A stretch of DNA of 64,000 bases from an uncultured Gammaproteobacteria bacterium (GCA_964609895.1 CAZSTG010000001.1:141897-205896); one strand, 5' to 3'; counted from the first letter of the stretch, positions 50,474 to 58,689 are shown. Notes: a model not told the origin generated them from the sequence alone. Numbers and translations: made by a program.

Positions 50474-50617
50474 CATATTTAAAAATATGAATTCATTCAT
50501 ATTTTTAAATACTGTGAGATTTCAGGATGAGGATCACTTTGGTCCGGGAATGATAAGCAGTTATTGCAACAACGATTGCAATAATAAGCGGTTATTCATC
50601 GAGCAAAGCGAAGATCT

Positions 50618-50633
50618 TCCAAGTCCCGCAGCA
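50618..50633 (+). repeat. 16-nt perfect direct repeat of the tRNA-Gln 3' end (TCCAAGTCCCGCAGCA; other copy 50460-50475)
   Basis: Exact match, 158 nt apart, read directly. att-like. Confidence 0.8.
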
Positions 50634-50653
50634 CACTATTTTTATTAAAATTT

Positions 50654-51511
50654 ATGTCTTGGCAACTCCTTATCTGCATCAGCGTCATCTTGTATTCAGT
50701 CTCTGTGCTTTTACAGCGGCTGCTTCTCAAGGATGACAAAAGTGAATCTATTTCGTTTTCCATCATCTTCCAGCTCGGCGTTGCATTGGTGACAGCGATC
50801 CTCGTTTTTGTCATGCAGGGGAAGATTCCGCTTCCGGACTTTTCCAAGATATCATGGAGCGTGCTGACCATGACGCTTTTATACGCGCTTGCAAACATTT
50901 TCATATTCAAGGCACTCAAAGAGACAGAAGCGTCGCGGTTTACCGTCATTTTCTCGGGCAAGACATTGTTTGCCGCCATCGGCGCATCACTGCTGTTTCA
51001 GGAACTCCTGACTCCTGTTCAATGGATTGGAGCTGTCCTCATCATCGTAGGTATCGTCATTATTACTATGAAGAAGTCCGGCAAGAAACTGAATATGGGG
51101 GACTTGTATGCGCTGCTTGCCGCCATCCTGTTCGGGTTGGCAAACACCAATGACCGTTTTCTCGTGAAGTTCTTTGATCCATACACATATGTCGTTATCG
51201 GATTTTTGCTACCAGGATTTGCGATTGCACTCATGTATCCGAAGAAACTGAAACTTTTGAAAACCTATGCACGAAAGAGTTTTCTGTTTAAGATGACATT
51301 CTTGTGTTTATTGTATGGATTGTCTGCAGTCACATTTTTTGCTGCCTTGCAGATTACGCCAAATTCATCGCAACTGTTCTCCATCAATTCATTTGGTGCC
51401 ATCATCACTGTCATTCTTTCCATCCTTGTCCTGAAGGAGAAAGACCACATGTGGAAGAAAATCCTCGGCGTCGTCGTCAGCGTTGCGGGACTGCTCCTCA
51501 TCAGCACATAA
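50654..51511 (+). CDS. EamA/DMT-family permease (10 TM)
   Basis: Two tandem EamA-like 5-TM halves. Confidence 0.8.
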   Translation: MSWQLLICISVILYSVSVLLQRLLLKDDKSESISFSIIFQLGVALVTAILVFVMQGKIPLPDFSKISWSVLTMTLLYALANIFIFKALKETEASRFTVIFSGKTLFAAIGASLLFQELLTPVQWIGAVLIIVGIVIITMKKSGKKLNMGDLYALLAAILFGLANTNDRFLVKFFDPYTYVVIGFLLPGFAIALMYPKKLKLLKTYARKSFLFKMTFLCLLYGLSAVTFFAALQITPNSSQLFSINSFGAIITVILSILVLKEKDHMWKKILGVVVSVAGLLLIST

Positions 51512-51524
51512 GTAACCGTTCTCC

Positions 51525-52652
51525 TTATGCCTTCACCGTCTTTTGTTTTGCAAACAGCTGCATGGTCAGTGCTCCGAGACCTGTCCAGAACACTGCAAGT
51601 GTCACGAAGAATCCGGCAAACGGAATCATCTCGACTACTTTGATGATGACAAGTCCCAACGCAAATGCGGCAAAGACCGGTGTCTTTTTGTTTGCCTTAA
51701 GGAGTGCCGTTCCCAGTGCTCTTGCCGTGACGAGACCCGAGAGGCAGGAGTATAGGATGAACACTAACACGGACATGCCGGCAAGCGGCAGACCGACAAA
51801 TGTCATACACAGGATAATAACTGCGGGGATGAATGCCATCGCAATCAGAAATCCAAGCCCCATGCTTTTCCAGAATGATTGGGAAACAATTGCTGTGGAC
51901 TGCGAAAACTGTTTTTCCACAAGTTTCATCCAGACCCATCCAACGATGAGTGCTCCAAGAAACATAAGGATGGACATGCCGACTTTCGTGGCTGCCATCA
52001 CTTTCAGGAAACCTTTCTTCATAGCGACCACATCCGTGGTTGATTTGGTTTCCGGTGTCTTCATCTCGGATTTGTGTGTTGCGCCGACGATAACCGCATC
52101 AGGGGAGATGGTCGCTTTGTTTTCACCTGTTCCATAATACAGATCTTTCCCGATTTGTGTACTTGCACCGATATTGAGCGTTCCCGCGCCGGCAAAAACG
52201 TTTCGTGTGATACGTGAATCAATTGCGACACTTTCGGCAGCCGTGAGAATTGAACCAGCAACAGTTGTGTCTTTGTCGACACTGACGGTTGCGCCTCCCA
52301 AAAGAAGCGATCCACCAATGTGTGAGCCCGTCACCAAAATGGTTTGTCCGCCGCCGTACATGTTGCCACGCACGCTGCCGCTGACATCGATGGTCTTGGC
52401 CGCCGTGTGCACGTTGCCGTTCACAACGCCACCAATTTTTACTGATTCTGCGCCGATGAAGACATCACCATTGACCGTGCCGTCGAGGAGTACGGATTTG
52501 GCACCGATGAAGAGATCGTCATTGACGATTTCGTCTTTGGCGACGGTGACCGTACCTTCTTTTTCTGTGATGACTTTGGCGTAGACTTTATTTGCGTTCA
52601 TGCCAAAGAAAGCAAATGCGAAAATAAATAGGGAAGCAAGTAGTTTTTTCAT
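51525..52652 (-). CDS. bactofilin-like (polymer-forming cytoskeletal beta-helix repeats) protein fused to a C-terminal polytopic membrane domain, with signal peptide
   Basis: Signal peptide. Repeated G-x-V-x-G/N-D-V beta-helix motifs (...GTVNGDVFIGAESVKIGGVVNGNVHTAAKTIDVSGSVRGNMY...). Then about 5 TM helices. Confidence 0.6.
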   Translation of the reverse strand: MKKLLASLFIFAFAFFGMNANKVYAKVITEKEGTVTVAKDEIVNDDLFIGAKSVLLDGTVNGDVFIGAESVKIGGVVNGNVHTAAKTIDVSGSVRGNMYGGGQTILVTGSHIGGSLLLGGATVSVDKDTTVAGSILTAAESVAIDSRITRNVFAGAGTLNIGASTQIGKDLYYGTGENKATISPDAVIVGATHKSEMKTPETKSTTDVVAMKKGFLKVMAATKVGMSILMFLGALIVGWVWMKLVEKQFSQSTAIVSQSFWKSMGLGFLIAMAFIPAVIILCMTFVGLPLAGMSVLVFILYSCLSGLVTARALGTALLKANKKTPVFAAFALGLVIIKVVEMIPFAGFFVTLAVFWTGLGALTMQLFAKQKTVKA

Positions 52653-52740
52653 ATATATTCATTATAGCAACGCACAATTGCCGTCTGCAAACGGGTTGAA
52701 AAAAGGATGAAGAAAAATCAGCGTAGTATAATGAAGACTG

Positions 52741-52908
52741 ATGAAGCAACAATCCTCTGAAACGACTATATCAGGCATCGCTGCGGTATTTGTCCTGTTT
52801 ACCGCGCTTCTCAATCCATTAGCGTCTGTTTTACTTGCTGTGTTCTTTCTACTTATATTGACATGGTATTACCACAGAAAGAATAATAAAAAAATAAGAA
52901 ACAGATGA
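52741..52908 (+). CDS. possible small membrane protein (55 aa, 2 TM), leaderless
   Basis: TATAAT (52727-52732) + 8 nt + ATG. Hand translation MKQQSSETTISGIAAVFVLFTALLNPLASVLLAVFFLLILTWYYHRKNNKKIRNR. Confidence 0.3.
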   Translation: MKQQSSETTISGIAAVFVLFTALLNPLASVLLAVFFLLILTWYYHRKNNKKIRNR

Positions 52909-53112
52909 TTCGCTAGAATCAGATATTATCCTATAGCTTGTATGTTTCGGCTTTCCATGGTATACTTATTTTCGGTTATCGCAGGTGATCCGCAGGTGTT
53001 TTTTCTGTATCCCGATGCTACAGATCTTCGATACTTATGTCGTCACGCGCCAGCTGATCCAAAAATGTTATTCTTTGCGGAATTATCGCATTGATGCAGG
53101 TATAATGAATAT

Positions 53113-54318
53113 ATGAATGTATTATTTATCAGCCCCAATTCTCCGCGGGAAAGTGTTGGAGGAGTGGAGCGCTACATCTCCAATCTGATTGCGTACTACA
53201 AAGACAGAACAGACACCTCTGTCTATCTTCTGCTGCCAACCAAAGACGAATCATTTGTCGAAAAAGAAGGCAATGTGACGATATATTTTGAAAACAGTTT
53301 TTCTGTTCCGCGACAACGGACGCAGTATAACAAAATAGTGTCAAAAAAAGCACGGATATTCGCAGATCGGATTAATCAGATTATCAAAGAACATGGTATA
53401 CAGATTATCTGTGCGGAGAATATCGCAGTTGGAACTCCGCCTGCATATGCACTGCTTTTGAATATGATTGCATCGCAGTTTTCTATTCCGCTTGTGTTGC
53501 GCCTACACTCATTTCCGGTATCAGAACTGCAGAAAGAGCTGGTAAACCAGTTGATGTGGAAAAGAGTCAGCTGTGTGAGCAGAAGTGTTGCCGGTGATTG
53601 TTTCCAAAAAGGCACGGATATAGATCTTTTATCAACAGATTATTTAGGAGTGAATACAAAAGAGTTTACTGACGTTTCTGATACAAAAGGAGCATTAAAA
53701 AAAGAATTGGGAATGAATGAGTCTACAAAAATAATTTTAACCGCAACACGTATCATCGCCGGACACGCAAATATTCTTCGGGAAAAAGGAGTTATTAATT
53801 TGATTAAAGCATTTTCAAAAATGCATGTGCGGTATCCACATTGGAGATTGCTTATTGCTGTCGGTATGCCACCGGAACGGTTGAAAAATGAATTTGAGCA
53901 ATCACTCGAAATGCTTATGGGGTATATTAAACTTCATGGCGTTGAACAACAAACAATTGTAAAAACATTTCATCTTGAAGATATGCCAAGAGTATATAGA
54001 GAATCAGATGTGTTTGTGTTGACATCAGAAAATGAAACATTCGGTCAGGTATTTATCGAAGCAATGGCATCGGGCGTGCCCGTTATCGGCACAAAGGTCG
54101 GAGGAATCCCAGAGATCATCAGTGATTCATATAACGGCTATCTCGTCAGTCCAAATGATGCAAGTATCTTGGCACAGCGTATCGAAAAGCTGATGAACGA
54201 TACGACCCTTCGGGAAAAATTTATTAAAGCTGGACAAAAAACAGTGAAAAATATGTTCACCGCTGAAAAACAATTTGCAGATTTTCATGCACTTCTTCGG
54301 GAAACAGCGTCGTTATGA
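53113..54318 (+). CDS. glycosyltransferase family 4 (GT-B, retaining)
   Basis: ...VLTSENETFGQVFIEAMASGVPVIGTKVGGIPEII... EX7E region. TATAAT 53101-53106 sits 6 nt upstream of the ATG (leaderless arrangement). Confidence 0.85.
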   Translation: MNVLFISPNSPRESVGGVERYISNLIAYYKDRTDTSVYLLLPTKDESFVEKEGNVTIYFENSFSVPRQRTQYNKIVSKKARIFADRINQIIKEHGIQIICAENIAVGTPPAYALLLNMIASQFSIPLVLRLHSFPVSELQKELVNQLMWKRVSCVSRSVAGDCFQKGTDIDLLSTDYLGVNTKEFTDVSDTKGALKKELGMNESTKIILTATRIIAGHANILREKGVINLIKAFSKMHVRYPHWRLLIAVGMPPERLKNEFEQSLEMLMGYIKLHGVEQQTIVKTFHLEDMPRVYRESDVFVLTSENETFGQVFIEAMASGVPVIGTKVGGIPEIISDSYNGYLVSPNDASILAQRIEKLMNDTTLREKFIKAGQKTVKNMFTAEKQFADFHALLRETASL

Positions 54319-54362
54319 CCTTTCGTTTGCATCCCCGTATACCCAGCGTATAATTGACGTAT

Positions 54363-54842
54363 ATGAATGCTCAAATCTCCGAAACAGGATGTTGTCCGCG
54401 TTTTAACCCCGCTCCGTGGAATGACAAGATGCATACATGGAAAAATAAATTGTTTGTGCAAGACAATGTGTTTACGCTGTTTTTTATGCCTGTTAATTTC
54501 GGTTCGGTCATTACCCGAATGATGAAAAAAGTGGAAAAAGCAAACGCGACAGCTATTGGAAATATGTGCCTGTCTGATCATACGAATATGTTCAATATGA
54601 ATATATATCTTGCAACAGACAGAAAAATTCCTGATGCAAAAAATGTCGCCATATCAGGAACATTCTACAGTAAAGCGTATGAGGGGGATTTCAATAAAAC
54701 CGGAGAATGGTGTAAAGATTTTGAAAACACCGTCAAGAAAAAAGGAAAAACGGTGAAAAAATGGTATATGTGGTATACCACATGTCCAAAATGTGCAAAA
54801 GTATACGGAAAGAATTATGTTGTCATCTTCGGAGAACTATGA
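54363..54842 (+). CDS. hypothetical protein with N-terminal GCCPRF and C-terminal CPKC motifs
   Basis: ATG 54363 with TATAAT 8 nt upstream. 159 aa. I recognise it as a conserved family but cannot name it. Confidence 0.55.
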   Translation: MNAQISETGCCPRFNPAPWNDKMHTWKNKLFVQDNVFTLFFMPVNFGSVITRMMKKVEKANATAIGNMCLSDHTNMFNMNIYLATDRKIPDAKNVAISGTFYSKAYEGDFNKTGEWCKDFENTVKKKGKTVKKWYMWYTTCPKCAKVYGKNYVVIFGEL

Positions 54843-55108
54843 GTAAAGTATCCACTCTTCCAAACATTGGAAATGTGATTGGGGAAAAACTGAATAAAAT
54901 TGGAATCAATTCAGCCGAAGAATTTTTGTCACGTGACCCCTATGAGGTGTTTGAAGATTTACTTCGGAATGTTGATCCAACATTATGTAGGTGTGCGCTC
55001 GCAAGTATTGTAGGCGCTTCAAAAAAAGAAAAATGGCATCTGGTGATGAAAGAAGCAGTCGCGAAATTTGAATCGAAGCATCCAAAATACCGATGGAAAG
55101 ATTGTTAG
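54839..55108 (+). CDS. TfoX C-terminal-domain-like protein (competence regulator TfoX/Sxy C-domain only)
   Basis: MSKVSTLPNIGNVIGEKLNKIGINSAEEFL... matches the TfoX_C LPNIG...G...L signature. ATGA overlap with the upstream gene. Confidence 0.55.
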   Translation: MSKVSTLPNIGNVIGEKLNKIGINSAEEFLSRDPYEVFEDLLRNVDPTLCRCALASIVGASKKEKWHLVMKEAVAKFESKHPKYRWKDC

Positions 55109-55120
55109 GCTTCTTACGCA

Positions 55121-55166
55121 TTGACAAAATACTCATCTCAATATATTATGAATATATATTCATAAT
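55121..55166 (+). promoter_or_regulatory. near-consensus sigma70 promoter (TTGACA-N17-TATTAT) overlapped by a perfect 22-bp palindrome ATTATGAATATATATTCATAAT
   Basis: Hexamers and palindrome (55145-55166) read directly. The palindrome covers the -10 and the predicted TSS, a classic repressor-operator position. Confidence 0.5.
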
Positions 55167-55358
55167 ATGATGTGTCCACACGGTAATAGAAAATCATGTA
55201 ATTTTCAATGTGAGTATTGTATATATCCTGATGAGTATTCATGTGATTCTCGAACATATCAGGTTAAAAAGCTTCAAAAAATACGAACGATATTAGTAAA
55301 AAAACTTATGAATATTGAAAAAAAGTTATTAAATCCAACAAAGAAAGGTGGTGATTGA
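55167..55358 (+). CDS. Cys-rich mini-protein (63 aa) with radical-SAM-like CX3CX2C motif (SCNFQCEYC); possible gene relic
   Basis: CNFQCEYC closely resembles the CNFRCPYC cluster-binding motif of NrdG/PflA-type activases, but the ORF stops after 63 aa. No SD. Confidence 0.3.
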   Translation: MMCPHGNRKSCNFQCEYCIYPDEYSCDSRTYQVKKLQKIRTILVKKLMNIEKKLLNPTKKGGD

Positions 55359-55359
55359 T

Positions 55360-55620
55360 ATGCCAGCATTTGATAAAACAGGACCACAAGGACAAGGTCC
55401 GATGACAGGAAGAGGTATGGGGCATTGTGGAAACGACACGGGAATGGGTCGAAGAATGAGAGGACGATGCTGTGGGTATGGACGAGGATTGGGGAGGTAC
55501 TTTGGATGGAATGCGCCAATAACGGTAGAAGAACAAAAAAAAGACTTATCGGAATATAAAAAAGCACTTGTAGAAGAATTAGAGGATATTGAAAAAAAAG
55601 AAAAGGAATTAAAGATATAA
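55360..55620 (+). CDS. DUF5320 family protein (G/R/C-rich N-half, coiled-coil C-half)
   Basis: MPAFDKTGPQGQGPMTGRGMGHCGN...GRCCGYGRGLGR then K/E coiled coil. AGGTGGTGA SD. Confidence 0.65.
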   Translation: MPAFDKTGPQGQGPMTGRGMGHCGNDTGMGRRMRGRCCGYGRGLGRYFGWNAPITVEEQKKDLSEYKKALVEELEDIEKKEKELKI

Positions 55621-55757
55621 AAGCTTTATATATATATTCCATCGACTGTCGACGTAACACTGTGAGCTTGATAAATGTGGTATTTCTTAGCTTGTTTCGG
55701 AATACACAAACATTTAGTATAAAAATAAGTAGTATAAAAGACTAAATATTTAATAGT

Positions 55758-56042
55758 ATGTCACGGCCAAAAATTCATCGCTGTATGCGATTTATACCAA
55801 ATGTTCGTTACTTCAAACCTCGAGGTATTCCGCTAAGGGATCTTGAAGAGGTTGTTTTACTGCCTGATGAACTGGAGTCGCTTAAATTACATGAAATAGA
55901 TGGGTTTGAACAAATTAAAGCAGCGAAGCAAATGAAAATATCCCAGTCAACGTTTGCAAGGACTTTGGGAAATGCGCATAAAAAAATTGCTGAGGCTATT
56001 ATTTGGGGGAAAGCAATACGGATTGAAGAAAAAGAATTATAA
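55758..56042 (+). CDS. DUF134/UPF0251 predicted DNA-binding protein (sigma70-region-4-like HTH)
   Basis: MSRPKIHRCMRFIP...YFKPRGIP...LLPDELESLKLHEIDGFEQIKAAKQMKISQSTFARTL...AIIWGKAI matches the DUF134 pattern. Confidence 0.65.
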   Translation: MSRPKIHRCMRFIPNVRYFKPRGIPLRDLEEVVLLPDELESLKLHEIDGFEQIKAAKQMKISQSTFARTLGNAHKKIAEAIIWGKAIRIEEKEL

Positions 56043-56073
56043 AAATGCCGTGTTTATAATAGAAGGAGGTTAT

Positions 56074-56346
56074 ATGAAAGTGATTAAAATTGGTGCTGCA
56101 TGGTGTAATGGATGTCTTGTGATGAAACCTCGTTGGCAGGAATTAGAAAAAGAATATTCTTGGCTTAAGACTGAATATTATGATTTTGATACTGACGCAG
56201 ACAAAATAAAGGTTTATGAAATAACAAGCGGAGTTCTTCCTGTTTTTATTTTCCTTGATAAACAGGACAAAGAATTGCTTCGATTAACCGGTGAAATTGA
56301 TAAAAAAGAATTAGTGACTTATATTGAAAAGTTTAGAAATTTTTAA
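56074..56346 (+). CDS. thioredoxin-like protein (WCNGC active-site-like motif)
   Basis: [11 protein letters not shown]. 90 aa, thioredoxin-fold pattern with CxxC. Confidence 0.6.
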   Translation: MKVIKIGAAWCNGCLVMKPRWQELEKEYSWLKTEYYDFDTDADKIKVYEITSGVLPVFIFLDKQDKELLRLTGEIDKKELVTYIEKFRNF

Positions 56347-56348
56347 AC

Positions 56349-57536
56349 ATGATTAAAGGTATCGTATCACTCATCTGCTCTACTATTCTTGTATTGTTTG
56401 GTGCTATGCCTGTGCAAGCAGCAGATGTACAACTTCATTTTTTTTGGTCCGAAGGTTGTCCTCATTGCGCGAAAGAAAAAATATTCTTAGAGACATTGGA
56501 TAAAAAATATGATGAAGTTACGGTAAGAGATTATGAGGTTGGATATCATAGTGAAAACATAGCGTTGTTACAAAAAATAGGGGATACGTTGCGCGCTGAC
56601 GTATCAGGAGTTCCATTTCTTGTGGTTGGAAAGTCATATGTGGTTGGCTTTTTAAGCGATGAGACAACGGGTAAAGAGATAGAGAATAAAGTTGTGTATG
56701 CGATACAAAATGATATTCCGGATATTGTAGCGACGATAGATACCAATCAAGAAAATAAAGATGACAAAATAATAGAAACGACCATTCCTGAAACATTAGA
56801 GTTACCGTTTATTGGTCATATTTCAGTACGACATACTTCGCTTCCTGTATTAACGTTTTTACTTGCGTTTATTGACGGATTTAATCCATGTGCTATGTGG
56901 ACGCTTATTTTTTTGATTAGTCTACTTCTTGAAATGAAAGATCAAAAACGTATGTGGATGTTAGGTATTATGTTTATTGTTACTTCTGCAGCTGTATATT
57001 TTTTGTTTTTATCTGCTTGGTTTAATCTTTTTTTGGTGTTGGGAGTCGTGGTGTGGGTACGTTTTATTATTGGCGGAGTTGCACTATTTGCAGGATGGTA
57101 TTTTCTTAGGGATTATTATGTTAATCGAAAAGGAGGGTGTTCGGTAATGGGTGACTCAAAAAGACAAAAATTTATTGAAAAAATGCGTATGATTACGCAA
57201 AAACCTAGTCTTTTTCTTTCTGTTGTCGGAATTATGTTGCTTGCCGTTGCAGTAAACATGATTGAGCTTGTTTGTTCTGCTGGATTACCCGCGGTATACA
57301 CAAAAATACTAAGCATGTCATCACTTCAGCCATGGCAATATTATATGTATCTGTTTATGTATATGCTTATTTTCATGGCTGACGATTTAATAATATTTAT
57401 TACTGCAATGGTGACAATGAAGGCTGTGGGAATTCAAAGTAAATATTCTAGATTATCACATTTAGTTGGCGGCATTATTATGATTATCATTGGAATATTG
57501 TTGATATGTAAGCCTGAATTATTGATGTTCGGTTGA
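56349..57536 (+). CDS. thiol:disulfide oxidoreductase: secreted thioredoxin-like domain (CPHC) fused to CcdA/DsbD-like transmembrane domain
   Basis: Signal peptide, then FFWSEGCPHCAKEK. Membrane domain with conserved Cys in TM1 (GFNPCAMW) and TM4 (ELVCSAGLP), as in CcdA/DsbD electron-transfer cores. Confidence 0.7.
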   Translation: MIKGIVSLICSTILVLFGAMPVQAADVQLHFFWSEGCPHCAKEKIFLETLDKKYDEVTVRDYEVGYHSENIALLQKIGDTLRADVSGVPFLVVGKSYVVGFLSDETTGKEIENKVVYAIQNDIPDIVATIDTNQENKDDKIIETTIPETLELPFIGHISVRHTSLPVLTFLLAFIDGFNPCAMWTLIFLISLLLEMKDQKRMWMLGIMFIVTSAAVYFLFLSAWFNLFLVLGVVVWVRFIIGGVALFAGWYFLRDYYVNRKGGCSVMGDSKRQKFIEKMRMITQKPSLFLSVVGIMLLAVAVNMIELVCSAGLPAVYTKILSMSSLQPWQYYMYLFMYMLIFMADDLIIFITAMVTMKAVGIQSKYSRLSHLVGGIIMIIIGILLICKPELLMFG

Positions 57537-57579
57537 CCGGCAAGCGCAATTTTTTTCACGTATTTTTGTATACACATAT

Positions 57580-58689
57580 ATGAGAAAAATTCTATATATC
57601 GTTTTACTTATCATTTTTAACCTGTTTGTTTTTTCTACGCCGATTGTTGCACAAGAGAAAGAAAGTCTTGCAGAGACATTAGAAGCAACTGTCACAAAGG
57701 TTGTCGAGGAAAAAGACGTTGTCATCATGGAAAAACAGCAGACATATCAAAAATTGGAATTATTGGTAACCAAAGGATCACTGCGAGACAAAACCATAGT
57801 GATAGAGAATGGCACCATGTTAATGACAAATGATCAGCAATATAGAGTAGGAGATGCAGTAATGGTACATGTAGAAAAAGACAGTGAAGGAAATGACCTT
57901 TTTTATATTACAGATTATGTTCGACGAGAGCCTCTTCGTTCGTTATTTATTATTTTTATTATCGTGACGATTATTGTTGCAAAACTTCGTGGTTTGACGT
58001 CTTTGCTGGGAATGGGATTATCGTTTATTGTAATTTTTGCATATATTTTGCCACGTATTCTTGCGGGTGCGCCACCTGTTCGCGTAGCAATTATTGGTTC
58101 AATGATTATTATCCCCATTTCATTTTTTCTTTCGCATGGCATAAATAAAAAAACGATTGTTGCAATGGCTGGCACAGCGTGTTCACTTGGTATTACGGGG
58201 TTTTTAGCAAGTACATTTGTGAGCGCGGCAAAACTTACAGGCTTCGCATCTGAAGAATCCTCTTTTATACAACTTGCGTCACAGGGAGCATTAAATATGA
58301 AAGGGTTGCTTCTCGCAGGAATAATTATTGGTGTATTAGGAGTTCTTGATGACATTACCGTTTCACAGTCAGCAATTGTCTTTCAGTTAAAAGAAGTTGA
58401 TAAGAAAATGCGTTTTAAGGAACTCTATAATCGTGCAATGCGTATTGGACAGGATCATATTGCATCTATGGTAAACACGTTAGTGCTTGTATATACAGGA
58501 GCATCATTGCCATTACTTTTGTTGTTTGTTCACAGTCCTCATTCATTTGCGGAAATAGTAAATCAAGAAATTATTGCTGATGAAATTATACGAACCTTGG
58601 TTGGAAGTATAGGGCTTGTACTCGCAGTGCCAATTACAACATTTATTGCCGTAATTGTTGCTTCAATTGATCTTGACGAAGCACTGTAA
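57580..58689 (+). CDS. YibE/F-family membrane protein
   Basis: Signal peptide plus extracytoplasmic domain, then about 8 TM helices. Family call from overall pattern; moderate. Confidence 0.5.
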   Translation: MRKILYIVLLIIFNLFVFSTPIVAQEKESLAETLEATVTKVVEEKDVVIMEKQQTYQKLELLVTKGSLRDKTIVIENGTMLMTNDQQYRVGDAVMVHVEKDSEGNDLFYITDYVRREPLRSLFIIFIIVTIIVAKLRGLTSLLGMGLSFIVIFAYILPRILAGAPPVRVAIIGSMIIIPISFFLSHGINKKTIVAMAGTACSLGITGFLASTFVSAAKLTGFASEESSFIQLASQGALNMKGLLLAGIIIGVLGVLDDITVSQSAIVFQLKEVDKKMRFKELYNRAMRIGQDHIASMVNTLVLVYTGASLPLLLLFVHSPHSFAEIVNQEIIADEIIRTLVGSIGLVLAVPITTFIAVIVASIDLDEAL

